This document shows, one piece after another, positions 11,350 to 24,811 of a stretch of 32,023 nucleotides of DNA (the stretch's first letter is position 1; every line of letters starts with the position of its first letter). Under the pieces are notes generated by a model. That model did not search any database and had not been told where the DNA came from. It saw only the letters and a list, made by a program, of their open reading frames with translations. The position numbers were made by a program, and so were the translations under genes. The stretch is taken from contig CAXHJY010001440.1 of the NCBI GenBank assembly GCA_964016885.1, forward strand, positions 1 to 32,023. The letters run 5' to 3'. The DNA is from Eledone cirrhosa (Eukaryota).

Positions 11350-11800
11350 GTGTGTGTGTGTGTGTGCGTTTGTCAGTGTCTGTGTGTGTGTGTGTGTGTG
11401 AGTGTTTGTCAGTGTGTGTGCGTATATGTGTGAGAGTGTGTGCGGGTATGTGTGTGTGTCTGTGTGTGTGTGTGCGGGTTTGCGTATGTATGTGAGTGAG
11501 TGTGTGTATGTGTATGTTTGTGTATGTGTGTGTGTCTGTGTGTGTGTGTGTGCGGGTTTGCGTATGTATGTGAGTGAGTGTGTGTATGTGTATGTTTGTG
11601 TATGTGTGTGTACATGTGTGTTACTGTATGAGTATGTTTGTATATGTGTGTGTATGCGTTTGTATGTGTTTGTGTATATGTGTGTGTGTGTGTTTAAGTG
11701 TGTATGTGTGTGTATGTGTGTACACGTGTATGATTGTGTATGTGTATCTGTGTACGTCTGTGTACGTTTGTATATATATGTTTGTCTATGTGTGTGTTTT
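11350..11800. repeat. (TG)n-derived compound microsatellite with a 78-bp internal duplication
   Basis: The block gtgtgcgggtttgcgtatgtatgtgagtgagtgtgtgtatg occurs at about 11470 and about 11548. Confidence 0.9.
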
Positions 11801-12559
11801 GTGTTGATTTGTTTTCATTTAGCGTGAATTTGTTTTCAAGATGAATTGTTCCTCTTTCCGCAATTATTTTTCTGTGTGTGTGTATTTGTGTATGTTTTGT
11901 TTTTTTCTTTTTCAATATGGGTCCGTTATTATCCAAAAGGATCTGCTTAATTTTTCTAAGGTATGTGACGACAAAAAAAAAGAAAAAAATACAAACCAAA
12001 ACAGCAACAACAACAATAAATAACAACAGCAAGACAAAACATGGAATCTGAAGTGTATTGTAGCATGAATAGGAGTCTATCTTTTAGATTCTCTTTGAAG
12101 TAAAGCAGATACAAGTGAAACGTTAACACTATTCGGGAGATCAATCGTATGTAAGAACAAAATCTAGGTTTTGCATGAAAGCTTAAGGATTTCTTTTGTT
12201 AGTGAAGTGAACTAAAATACTCAACAACGCAATAAAAAGTTGAGCATTTTAAAGAAAAACAGAATTATTGGGAATTATCAGGAATTTCTAATTAAGATGG
12301 GAACTTTCAGATAATAATAATTCAATGGATCAAGAGGCATGTCTCTTGTGAATTTGATTGATGTGTCAATAACTTCCTCGTAGAAAGTTCTATGACGTTT
12401 AAGATATGACAAGAGGTATTTTGACTTGCGTTGCTCCAGATCTGTGTGTGAGGGAGAGAGAGAGGAGAGAGAGGAGAGAGAGAGAGAGGCGGGAAAGGAG
12501 GAAGGAGAGGGAGGAGGGATATGTAAGTAAGTGTTGGTTCGTATTTAAATGACCACTTA

Positions 12560-12746
12560 ATAATAATTGTTTCTACTTTAGGCACAAGGCCATCAATTAT
12601 CCAGTACATTACTGGTACTTTATTTATCGACCCCGTAAGGATGAAAGACAAAGTTAACCTCGGCGGGATTTGAACTCAGACCGCAAAGGGACGTAACTAT
12701 GCTGGAAAGCATGGCGTCCGACCCTCTACCGATACTGCCAATCCAC
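12560..12746 (-). mobile_element. SINE family 1, near full length
   Basis: Closely matches 1341-1533. Flanked by similar ccactta(a)taataa motifs, a possible TSD. Confidence 0.92.
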
Positions 12747-12816
12747 TTATAATAATAAAGACTTAATTGACATATTAAAACCTAAGAATGTATACACCAA
12801 ACAATATAGGTAAGGG

Positions 12817-13062
<246 letters not shown>

Positions 13063-13133
13063 TATCCCGTGTTCAATCGGGGTAACCACAGTAAGTAAGG
13101 TACTTAATACATAGCAGAGTATAAATATTTAAT

Positions 13134-13303
<170 letters not shown>

Positions 13304-13310
13304 TATATAC

Positions 13311-13344
<34 letters not shown>

Positions 13345-13510
13345 CGGGGTGAGATGAAGAGAGAGAGAGGAGGGTAAAATCCCGACCGCAGCGCCAAGTG
13401 ATCAATATTTTACCTATCTCTATACCCACTCTGCATCTCCCATGCATTGAGTACTCCCGTGATTAGTGGTCTCTCCGGTGCCAGCACCACAGGCTCCCCC
13501 TCTCTCTCTG

Positions 13511-13657
13511 ATAATAATTGTTTCTACTTTTGGCACAAAGCCAGCAATTACCCAGTGCATTACTGGTACTTTCTTTTATCGACCTCGTAAGGATGAAAGG
13601 CAAAGTTAACCTCGGCGGGATTTGAACTCAGAATGAAAAGGGCCGTAACTCTATGCG
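13511..13657 (-). mobile_element. SINE family 1, 5'-truncated with 12-bp TSD
   Basis: Matches the family. TCTGATAATAAT occurs at 13507-13518 and 13658-13669. Confidence 0.9.
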
Positions 13658-13814
13658 TCTGATAATAATGATGTCTTTATTAACCACAAGGGTTTACATA
13701 AAGTAGACATTAAGGACAGTGCAGGACAATGCAGGACGGTACAAATGGGCATTTCTGCGTGTAAAAAACAAAAACAGAGGATGTAACAAAAAACAAAAAC
13801 AGAGGATGTAACAA

Positions 13815-14027
13815 ATAATGGTTTCTGATTTAGGCACAAGGCCAGCAATTTTGGGGGAGAGAGGAAAGTCGATTATATCGACCGAAGTGCATGACTGGTA
13901 CTTTATTTTATCGACCTCGTAAGAATGAAAGGCAAAGCTAACATCGGTGGGATTTAAACTCAGAACGTAAAGCGCCGTAGCTCTATGCCATGGAGCCGTG
14001 TGTCCGACACTCTACCGATATTGCAAT
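13815..14027 (-). mobile_element. SINE family 1, long variant
   Basis: Same head, body and tail, plus an extra ~30 nt (ttttgggggagagaggaaagtcgattatatcgac). Confidence 0.88.
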
Positions 14028-14234
14028 GGTTGTATATTGTATAATACAGCAGAGAATATGTTGTAGTGATGATAATAATGGTAAAATGGTGGAATGGCTG
14101 AATGGATGTATGTACAACTGATTGACAACTTAACATTTATCAGGCATATATCCAATATTTTTATTCTAATATAATAAAAGATACTTGTGTTGAAGAGGGC
14201 CTTTTACTTTCTTTTAGTAATATTATTATTATTA

Positions 14235-14293
<59 letters not shown>

Positions 14294-15009
14294 TTTATCA
14301 TTATTTTCATTTAATTATTTATTTATTAGTTTTAGTTTTTGGCATAGAATACATCTGCCACGGCAACTGTTTACAGCTGGCCAAAATAAAAGAAAGAGCA
14401 GAAGCAATCAATATTTACGAAGATGGTGCTGCCAACAATTTGAAGCGAACGGAAAACATTAGACGAAATTACAACAGTTTTGTTATAACTGAATATAAAG
14501 GCGGTGGCTTGGTTCCGCCGGTGGTTATTCAGTCCAGCCTTCTGCATCTGTTGAGTTCACATCTCAACGATATCATGGAATGGCTCTTCCAGCACATCAC
14601 CCCTTACGATCCTCCGGGAAAACGCCTTCTCCGTTTTGTCCGCCGGGGCTGTGGAGCGGCCAGCACCTGGGACTCTATTTGCTCACCATACAGAGACATG
14701 GGGAGGGCGAGAGAGATGGAGGCGATGACAGTGAGTGTTCGGCTTTTCCACGTTCGGATCATATCCTTGTGGTTGTGTTTATCATTAAATATATTACTTG
14801 TATCATCCAATAATTCAAATTTACAATTCATCCATTGCTGTAGTCGATTCGTTTCTATTGTTAAAGCATCGGAAAAAATACCTTGTTGTATTTGTTCTTG
14901 GTATCTGTTCTCTGAGTTCAAATCCCACAAAGGTCCGATTGTTCTTTCATATCACTTTCGCATTTCATCTTCTCTCATTCTCTCTTTATCTTGTGAGAGA
15001 GGAGAAGAA

Positions 15010-15218
15010 TGAGAAGAGGAAGGGAGCACCCGCTCTTTGTGCTCCTGAAGAGGAGGGTGGCACATGTTTTCGGGGGGGGGGGTGCGACCCATGTCAATGC
15101 CCCTCCCTATTGAGGACACCGATTGTTAAATTTAATTTGTTATATGTTTTTTTACACGTCTTTTAAATGTATGTAAACTCCCCCCTTTGTATTTGGTGGC
15201 AAATAAATAGAAATTATT
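15010..15218 (+). mobile_element. Probable LINE 3' UTR fragment
   Basis: GC-rich hairpins, then a T-rich stretch, then tgtaaac...gtggcaaataaa..aattatt. A similar terminus (tgtaaacccttgtggttaataaagac) lies on the minus strand at 13670-13700. Confidence 0.4.
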
Positions 15219-15414
15219 CTCCCTTTATCTTGCTTTGGTAGAAATCGGTTGGAGAGGGACGGGATCTGTCAGCATTAAATTCCGCAGACACACCATACGA
15301 CGCAATGGTGCTCCAACGATTCCATCAGAATTTAATGGCCCATTGATGAACTTTTACCAGGGCAGTTTTTTAACATCTGGCCAAAATTTAAAAAAAATGG
15401 AGCAAAAATAAGCA

Positions 15415-15740
15415 ATATCGTCTTAGATGTTAAGGTGTTCGATTCACTATTATATGGTCGTGAGATCGATTTCAAGTAATACAGTGTATCCTTGAACAAG
15501 CCGATTGACTTCACATTTCTCCAGTATCTATATAGGTGGCAAAAGAGATATGTACCAGTAATTCATAAGGGCACCTGCGTGAGATAGAGGCATGTTGAAT
15601 CTCTTTGAGAAGTACGTTGAGTACACACGTACACGTGTCTGCGGAATACTCAGCTGCTTGCAAGTTAATTTCACGAAGCGAGTTCTTCCGTTGATGGAAT
15701 CATCTGGAACATTCGTCGTCGGAAGCGACGGAGATCCAGC
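15415..15740 (+). mobile_element. SINE family 2 (tRNA head + CORE-like domain), diverged
   Basis: gtgtatccttgaacaag (CORE-like GTGTCCTTGAGCAAG). The tail tgaatctc...gagaa...cacgtgtctgcggaatactcagc...gttaatttcacg is shared with 20050-20100 and 23715-23790. Confidence 0.65.
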
Positions 15741-15922
15741 TCACACATCTAAACATATAACGAAATTATAATAACGAAATTATAACAACAAGAGCTGAAT
15801 GCCTGTCTGTTTATTAACGTCGTTACTGTGCCAGTGCCCACCGCCCCCTAGTGTCCATCCAATGAACTACAATTTATATACACAACATCCACCTTGATAA
15901 ATATTTCGTAATCAACTTATTT

Positions 15923-16014
<92 letters not shown>

Positions 16015-16055
16015 ATACTATAAATTATATATATATATATATATATTATATATGT

Positions 16056-16141
<86 letters not shown>

Positions 16142-16699
16142 TTGTAGTAGAATAATTAATATGCACGATCACACTGCACTGCATCTGCGCTCCCAAAGTG
16201 TGGTGGGTCACGTCACGTATCCCGACCCCCATGAAACTGCAAATAAAATGCAAATGCTTCTTTCTATAAAAGGAACAATAACATTTTGAGAGCTCTGAGT
16301 GAGTGTGTGCCATTCTGTCTCCATTTTAGGCGAAAAGAAAAAAGAAAGGAAAAGACCACCCCAGTCCCCACCCCCAAAATAAATAACAAAACGAACAAGC
16401 AAACAAAACAAAACAAATGCAATGGCGAAATAATTTCATAAGCAAACATACATACATTTATTGTGTATTTCGTAAAAAAATAACAACACATGCTTGCATG
16501 TACTGTGGATTTCATAAACACATACATATATGGATGTGTCTTGTGTATTGTGATTTTTTTTCTGCAAGTATATTCAGATCAAATCACATGTATGTAAAGC
16601 CAATAAAATATTACTTTCGTCTGCTTGAGCATTCATGCACACATACATACATATATATATATACGCCTGCACATGCATGCACACTCAGACACACACACG

Positions 16700-16800
<101 letters not shown>

Positions 16801-16835
16801 GTGCGTATCTATATATATATATATATATGTATATA

Positions 16836-16895
<60 letters not shown>

Positions 16896-16960
16896 CATGC
16901 ATACCCACACTATGTTTGCATATATTGTGATTTCAGTTCATATACATACATTTATATACA

Positions 16961-17070
16961 CAATGGTTGCCATTCTTTGCCATTCTTTCCCAAATGGTCT
17001 CCTCAATTCCATTCCAGGGATTTTGAAATCCTCCCCTAGGAACCAAGATTGTCCCGTCTGAGAATCACTG
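16961..17070. mobile_element. Possible hAT (Charlie-like) MITE remnant
   Basis: Right end tgagaatcactg (= CAGTGATTCTCA) and degenerate left end caatggttgcca. No 8-bp TSD is visible. Confidence 0.3.
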
Positions 17071-17139
17071 CTTAAAATATATGCTTACCAAACGCGTGTT
17101 TCGAGAGGCTAAGTATACAGCTATTATAGTGAAGAAGAA

Positions 17140-17342
17140 GGCGATGGATTGGCAGAATTGTTCATGCGTCGGATAAGATGCACAATACATTGTTTATATT
17201 TCGCTTCTGATTTTAAAACCTGCAGAGATCAACTTTGATTTTCATCCCTTCGGGGTTGATAAAAAAATACCAATCAAATACATGGTTCAATATAATCGAT
17301 TTAATTCACCCACGTGCTATATTGTGCTATATTAGAAATTAT
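17140..17342 (+). mobile_element. SINE family 1, old diverged copy
   Basis: ggcgatggattggcagaattg head, tttcatcccttcggggttgataaa body, attagaaatta tail. Confidence 0.75.
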
Positions 17343-18022
17343 AGTTAGGAAAATCTCTAATGTTTGAAAGTAATTCGTATAAAGTATAGAGGATTTTTCC
17401 TACCATTTTATATTTAGTTTTACTTTAAATGAGTTAGATATATCATTGTTCATCAGATTGTTAAACCCGATTTAAGGATTATATTTGAAACTCTTATTAA
17501 TGGGAAGAAGATTATTATATCTGACGGGAATTGTTTGATATTAACACTGAACAAGTAAACGTTTGAATGTATAAGTATGCGGAGAAGTAGAGATGTGTAT
17601 TATCTATATAGCAATATATGAGGGCTAGAAATGATTGACATGTCAGTGATAGAGATGGTGGCTCCAATATTGACCTTTGCTTCTCTCATCTTTACTACCA
17701 CGCTACTGCCATTTTTTACAAAAAAAGAAATCCTTGGATCCAACCAATTGCTACGAACATATTGCGATTTTTTTCTTTATATTTATTCAGTTTAGAGATA
17801 TTATGCCTCAGAAATATATATAACTTCTTTTCAGCGACTTTGTTTTGCCTAGTTTTCCTTTTTCGTTTGTTTTTTGTTTTTTCTCCAAGGAAGTAAGTAA
17901 AAAGTATAAAGAAAAAGGAAAAAGAATCTTTTGCGTGACTGCCTGTTCTTCCAAGAACGAAGATCCAAAATCTATAGACTCGAAACTATAATTGTTGTTG
18001 TTGTTGATTATTTTTGTTGTTC

Positions 18023-18053
<31 letters not shown>

Positions 18054-18239
18054 ATTTTTTTCATGACACCCACGTCCAACAATTCATAAATACAGTAATA
18101 TAAATATAAATATATATATAAATATTAATATATAAATATATAAGTATATAAAGTACATATATAAGTATAAATATAAAGGAGCACAACAGGCGGGTAAACC
18201 AATCAGGTATGTGATGTTAGTATGTATACGTATATATAT

Positions 18240-18429
<190 letters not shown>

Positions 18430-18451
18430 GTATATATATATATATATATAT

Positions 18452-18497
<46 letters not shown>

Positions 18498-18500
<3 letters not shown>

Positions 18501-18694
18501 CGAAGGAATTGTGGTAAGGAACCAGATGGACCATAACGCACCAGAGTACTCAATACTTAGGGTAGTAGAGTGGGAAATAGGAAAAAGTATGACCCCGACC
18601 GCAGAGCTCAAGCCGTTCGACGGCTATTTCTGGACTAAATAGAAATATCCGTCGAAACGGCTTGAGCTCTGCCGTCGGGATCATACTTTTTCTT
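18498..18694 (-). mobile_element. Fold-back element in (TA)n, second complete copy
   Basis: Same tail (taacgaaggaa...) and hairpin as 5764-5960, flanked on both sides by (TA)n. Confidence 0.85.
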
Positions 18695-19160
18695 ATATAT
18701 ATGTATATATATATATATACATACACATATATATAAAATATTTCTTCTTCTTCTTCTTCTTCTTCTTCTTCTTCTTCTTCTTCTTCTTCTTCTTCTTCTT
18801 CTTCTTCTTCTTCTTCTTCTTCTTCTTTTCAGTGCATCTCTGAGTTGGTGGTGGTAGATGGGGGAAGGTATTGTATTTACTTTGAAGGTTTAACGTGGGA
18901 CAGACCGTTGAGCTCAAATAATAAACCTCGAACGAAGGAAAAAAAGGCAAGGTTGAAGTCCCCGTTGTGTGAGCTAGTATACATGTGTGTATGTGTGTAT
19001 ATGCCTATGTGTGTATGTGTGTATGTGAGACTGTATTTATATGTGTGAGTATGTGTGTGTTTATGTGTGCTTGTATTTATATATATGTGCGAATGATTAC
19101 GAGTTTGTTTCTTTTCTTTTTCTCTTTCTCCATCTCTTTCTGTTTCTCTCTCTCTCGCTA

Positions 19161-19200
<40 letters not shown>

Positions 19201-19877
19201 TCTTGCTCTCTCTGCTTCTCCCTCTTAATCTCCCTCCCTCTCATTATATATAACTATATATATATAGGTGTGTGTGTGTGATTGAATGTATCTATGTGTT
19301 TATTTGCATGTACTTACGTGGGTATGTGTAAGTCTCTATATGCATGTGTATGTGATGTGTATATTAGTTTGATTCTGTGTGTGTGTATGTGTGTGTAAGT
19401 GTGTGTGTGTCTGTGTGTGTGTCTGTGTGTGGCTCTGTGTGTGTGTTTTGAAATTATTTGCTGTGTCTCGTCCCGGCTGGGGTTTGTCCCATGTTTGCAC
19501 GAGCGACTGTTTGTGTATCGATGTAGTCCGAAACTTTTGATAATATGACAAACATCCCCAGATTGTGCCCACACGTGGTAGATAATTGGTCAGGCTAAAC
19601 AACCCATGTATGGTAGTCCCGAGGGGAAATAATACCATCATTTACTCACTTGCTTCAAATCCAGTTCATATTGAACTGCCTTACAGGGTAGACTACCGGA
19701 AACACGATTATAAGGGTTTGTGTCCTCGGGTAGAATACTCTATTTCACATTGCTTCTTTTGACAGGGGTTGTGATACATAGCAGCAACAATAGAAACCCG
19801 AATGGAAACATAGTCTCCCCGGTCCGATAAGATAATCAGCTCATTTCCCTTTTTAAGCCAAAAGTTGAAACCGGCTG

Positions 19878-20019
19878 ATAATAATTGTTTCTACTTTTGG
19901 CACAAGGCCAGCAATTATCCCAGTGTATTACTGGTACTTTATTTTATCTACCTCGTAAGGATGAAAGGCAAAGTTAACCTCGGCGGGATTTGAACTCAGA
20001 TCATAAAGGGCCGTAACTA
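19878..20019 (-). mobile_element. SINE family 1, 5'-truncated
   Basis: Near-identical to 13511-13657. Confidence 0.9.
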
Positions 20020-20049
20020 GGAGTTGTGCCTGCAAATCAAATGGTCATC

Positions 20050-20140
20050 AGATGTCTGTAGAATACTCAGCCACTTACATGTTAATATCACGAGTAAGCA
20101 GTAGTTCTGTTGTTCTAACTGTAACACTAGTGGTTGTTAA
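20050..20140 (+). mobile_element. SINE family 2 tail fragment
   Basis: tgtctgtagaatactcagccacttacatgttaatatcacgag matches 15635-15676. A CORE-like piece (gtgtcctcgggtagaatactctatttcacattgct) lies upstream at about 19720. Confidence 0.55.
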
Positions 20141-21167
20141 CAACAATAATGATCTAACACATACAGAGTTAATAAACTTTAAATAATTCTTCCTCTATGA
20201 TGTGCAAAGTTAGAAATTCCAAGACCATGCCACTAAATGAAATAGTACGGAACTAGTTCCTTTTCCTACCAAAACACACATCCACCCTCCCTTCTACGCA
20301 TCCATCCATCAATCCATCCATCCATCAATGGATTGTTCACATTTGATTAAATCATTTAGGCCCCGTAGTGATATACTGCTTGATTTGGTCATTTTAAATC
20401 TAACAGAGCTCGTCTCACTTCCTACCAAACCTTCAGTGTAGTCAAGCTAGACTGTTATCGTTAAATATTACCAAAAAGATAAGCACTCAAACTTAGGTAG
20501 ATGATTTAAATTTTAATTTAAAACAATTTAAAATAAATTTTAAAAGATTAAAAAAAATTATTTTGGTTTTCAATCTTTTGAATTAAATTTTTTAAAAAAC
20601 AAAACTCGTTTAAATGTTTGAAATAATTGTCCTTAACACTCCATAAATCAGTTTAGTATGATCATGGCCAGTGTGGATGATGTGTAAATAGAGGAGGGAG
20701 TCTTCGAGTATGTATGTGTGTAGGTGAGTACGGACATGTGTGTGTTTGTATGTTCACTAGTGTGCGTATTTCTAACCGTTCGTATGTGTATGTGTGTTTG
20801 TGTGTATGTTTTTATGTGAGTATAGGCATATGTGTATTAGCATGTGTTGTCGCTTGTATGTCTATGTGAGTGTGTGTGTGCATGCGCTTTTCTCTCTGTG
20901 TGTCTGTGCCTGGGTATGTGTGTTTGTACGTATGTGTAGGCGCGTGTGTATATGTATGATGTGTATATACTTGTGTGTTTGCGCGTATGTGGTATGTAAG
21001 GTATTCATATATGTGTACACGTGTATGTGTGTGTTTGTCCCAGATTAAAAATTGAATTGATGAGGCTACAAACTAACAAGGAGACACTTTATACCAAAAT
21101 CTAATCTTTTCTTCTCCGTGACATGTGTTCGGGGGAGGTAACCCCACCAACTAAATCATGGAAAAAC

Positions 21168-22195
21168 GATAATAATTTTTCCTACTTTTGGCACAAGGCC
21201 AGCAATTATCCCAATACATTACTGGTACTTTATTTTAACGACCCCGTAAGGATGAAAGGCAAAGTTAACCTCAGCGGGATGGAATAATGATAATAATTGT
21301 TTCTACTTTAGGCACAAGGCCAGCAATTACACAGTAAATTACTGGTACTCTATTTTATCGACCCCGTAAGGATGAAAGGCAAAGTTAACCTCGGCGGCAT
21401 TTGATAATAATTGTTTCTACTTTAGGCACAAGGCCAGCAATTATACCAGTGCATTACTGGTACTTTATTTTATCGACCCAGTAAGGATGAAAGACAAAGT
21501 TAACCTCAGCTAGATTTGAACTCAGATCGTAAAGGGACGTAACTATGCTGGAATGCATTAATGATTTCTGATTTAGGCTCAATTATTAGGGAAGGTAAAT
21601 CTATTATACCAACCCAATTTCTTTACTGGTACTTTATTTCATCGACCACAGAAGGACGAACGACTGTGTTGACATCAGCAGGGTTTGACCCCAGAATGTA
21701 AATGACAAGAATATATGCCGCTATGGTATTTTATCTGACACCCTATCAATGTTGCTGATCAACCAGCCTTATAACAGTTTCTGATTTAGACACAAGGTTA
21801 ACAGTTTTGTCGGAAGAAAAATCGATTAAAATGACCCCAGTTCATTACTGGTACTTCATTTAATGGAATACGTGAGGATGAAAGACAAAGCTAACTTTGG
21901 CAGGATTTGAACTCAGAACGTAATGGGAGGTAACTATATGCCGCAAAGCATGTTGTCTTACGCTCTACCGATACTGCTAATCCACCTCTCACACCAAACT
22001 TATGATAGCTGTTTCTACTTTAGGCACAAGGCCAGCAATTTAAAGGCTAGTGACAGTGATTATATCGATCCTCAATACTTGATTGATACTTTATTTTATC
22101 GACACCTAGGAGGATAAAAAGAAAGGTAAAATTGATCTCAGCGGGCTTTGAACCTAGAAAGTAAAAAGCTTGAAGACATGCTGCCAATCCACCTC
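21168..22195 (-). mobile_element. Head-to-tail cluster of six SINE family 1 copies (~21168-21280, 21289-21402, 21403-21558, 21559-21769, 21775-21985, 22003-22195)
   Basis: Six consecutive occurrences of tttct..tttaggcacaagg / actggtactttattttatcgac / tttgaactcag-like blocks in the same orientation. Confidence 0.9.
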
Positions 22196-22209
22196 ACTCA
22201 CAATACAAC

Positions 22210-22236
22210 TATTATTATTACCACCACTACCACCAC

Positions 22237-22284
<48 letters not shown>

Positions 22285-22300
22285 TATTATTATTATTAAT

Positions 22301-22336
<36 letters not shown>

Positions 22337-22340
22337 ATTA
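22210..22340. repeat. Compound trinucleotide microsatellite (ATT/ACC/ATC/ATT/GTT)
   Basis: Direct reading. Related tracts: (ATT)n at 14220-14292 and 16085-16140, (TATC)n at 5042-5117, (CAAA)n at 8813-8854. Confidence 0.95.
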
Positions 22341-22803
22341 ATAAGTAATGGTCGAGTTCTTTGTATTTTTTTTTCTTTCTTTGCAGCCAACCATCTTGTA
22401 ATAATTACATCTCGTAATTACATTCTGCACAACTTTTTCTATCAGTCTATTGTAACAATGCTTCCTTTTTTGGCATCAAATATCTTGTTGTTGAACAAAA
22501 ATCAAATCTTATAAACCTTTTTTTTTCTTACAAGAATTATCCACTTCATCGACACGCTTTTTTTTTCTTTACGCTTGGAAATAGCCTGATATTACGGAAT
22601 ACACCGCAGCAAACTTACTTTTATTTCTATAATATTCTTACAAGTCGGCTTGGTAAGGGTTTTTTTTTCGGTTTTAGTTGTATGTATTTTTATTTTATAT
22701 CTTTTTCTTTTAGCTATTAGTTATTTTTATGCCATCATATCCTCGTAGAAAACATTATGGGGTTTTGAAGAGATCTGACAATCATAATCGTAATATATAA
22801 TAT

Positions 22804-22867
<64 letters not shown>

Positions 22868-23521
22868 GTGTGTGTGCGTGTGTATATGTGTATATCTGTA
22901 TATATATATATATATACATATGTATATATATAACCGCATGTATCTCTCTCTATATATATATTATATATATTATATATGTGTGTATATATATATATGTATA
23001 TATATATATATGTATGTATGTATATATATATGTGTGTGTATGTATGTGTTAAAGAAAAATACTGAAGCGATAAGAAAATATATATAAAATAAAAACAACA
23101 AAAATGAAAGCTAAAAACCATTTGATTATTTCACTTGCATCAAAAGTATCAGCAATGCGCTCGTTCTTTCTGAGTGCGTGTAACTTTGATAAGATTAGTC
23201 ACAAAGCTCCATCTAGCGGCGAGACTTTTTTGTTCTTCAGATTTTTTCCCTTTGTTTAATCTCTGCTCTGCCTTCCAAATATTATATTTTTGTTGTTGTT
23301 GTTGCTGTTGTTGTTTAGTTTCTATAGTCCCACAAGACTAGAATTTCAACATGAATGAACAAGCCATTTATTTTTCTTCAAGATCTGCATTTTCTTTTAT
23401 TTTTCTATATATTTTCATATATATGTTTTATTATTTAAAAAAAAAAAAATTCTTCCTGATAATTCTTTTTTTTTTGTATTTTTTGTTTCATTTTTGTTTG
23501 TTGTTATTTATTACTGTAGAT

Positions 23522-23855
23522 GCACGTGGGGTGATTGGTGAGGGTTACGGAGGTTCTGCTCACGATCCTTGAATCATGAGTTCGATTCTCAGCGGCGTTT
23601 ATGTCTTTGAGCAAGACACTTCTTTTTTCATCGTGTTCCTGTCCACTCAGTTGGAGAAAATAAATTGTATCTACAATTCAAAAGACCAGGCACCATTTTC
23701 AGACACTATGCCACGCTGAATCTCCATGAGAACTAGTTTAATGATACACCTGGTAATAGAATGTTGAACCACATACACGTTAATTTTACAAGCAATCTGT
23801 TATATTGGTTGAAAACCTGGAGTACTCGACTCGTTTTCGAAACCACCCGACGCCC
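23522..23855 (+). mobile_element. SINE family 2 (tRNA head + CORE-like domain)
   Basis: B box GAGTTCGATTC at about 23578, tgtctttgagcaagacactt CORE-like block, tail ctgaatctccatgagaact...cacgttaattttac. Confidence 0.7.
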
Positions 23856-24096
23856 AACGCATTTAAATGAAATAAAACTTCCGTTTCGCTGGCCTTCTAC
23901 GAGAATGTATCGCATAAAAGGTTTCTCGTGTGTTTTAATGATAGGATCCTCAGTCATATCATCTTGTCTTTCGTTTCAGCACACAAAAATGTATATTTAG
24001 CTGGTCCCCTACGAGGTTGTATCTCCTAGAAAGTTAATCGGTTGCTTTAATTATAGAACTTCTACTTTTATGAAAGGTAATATGAAATGAAACTTC

Positions 24097-24156
24097 GCCC
24101 TGTCCAGGAATTGAAATCACGAACTTATGCTTGTGACCCCAACGCCCTATCCACTA
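24097..24156 (-). mobile_element. tRNA-like SINE head remnant
   Basis: Minus strand tagtggatagggcgttgg...gtgatttcaattcctgg resembles A/B-box spacing. It cannot be folded confidently as a tRNA. Confidence 0.35.
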
Positions 24157-24592
24157 TACCGTTGTAAGCTGGAATGTTAAACTATCATTAACCGAGTCAT
24201 TGTAGACAAGGTATGTTAAATTCGTTTAAGGTATCAATAGCTGGATAAATGGTAACTTTGAGACTGTGATTGGATTACCTATAAATGACTCATTATGGCA
24301 AAGGTAATTTGAATAGACAAGTTGTCAACAGGTGACTCATATTGCCGTGTAATGATGAAAGCTGAAGTGTAATTAATGGAGTCATTGTGGATGAAGTAAG
24401 ACAATATTCGCCATTTATTGAGTGTGAACGAGCTGAGAGGAGAATTTACATGTGACAGTGCCATGCTTAAGATTTCGCTGGAGTTGAATTCCTCGTTAGG
24501 ACCTTCTATTCAGGTCCTGATATTATCCATCATGGATGGATGTTCAATCCTAGTCAGGAGCTATAAATATGGTGTCTTACTACACTTTAAAT

Positions 24593-24811
24593 GGTGGTGA
24601 ATGGGCAGAATAGGTAAAGAATGGGATAAAATGCCATTGCAGTATTTCTTCTGGCTCTTTATATTCTTAGTTCAAATACTGTCGAGGTCAACTTCGCCTT
24701 TCATCCTTCTAGGGTCGATAAAATAAAGTACCAGTCTACTACTGGGGTTGACACAATCAACACTGCCTTTCACCAAAATCTGATGGACGTGCGTGAATTA
24801 GAAATCAATAT
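24593..24811 (+). mobile_element. SINE family 1, long variant
   Basis: agttcaaat B box, gcctttcatccttctagggtcgataaaataaagtaccagt body, attagaaatcaata tail. Confidence 0.85.

Noticed and set aside
13763-13815. 25-bp direct duplication (similar small duplications at 6893-6935 and 28670-28705)
   Set aside because: Ordinary slippage duplications with no further structure.
14440-15012. 190-aa plus-strand ORF as a host gene
   Set aside because: Starts at TTG in a eukaryotic context, has no recognisable domain and overlaps equally unconvincing ORFs.
15045-15075. CTGAAGA motif (also isolated CTGATGA complements near 11284, 17451, 20046 and 27109)
   Set aside because: No stem II followed by GAAA at a suitable spacing.
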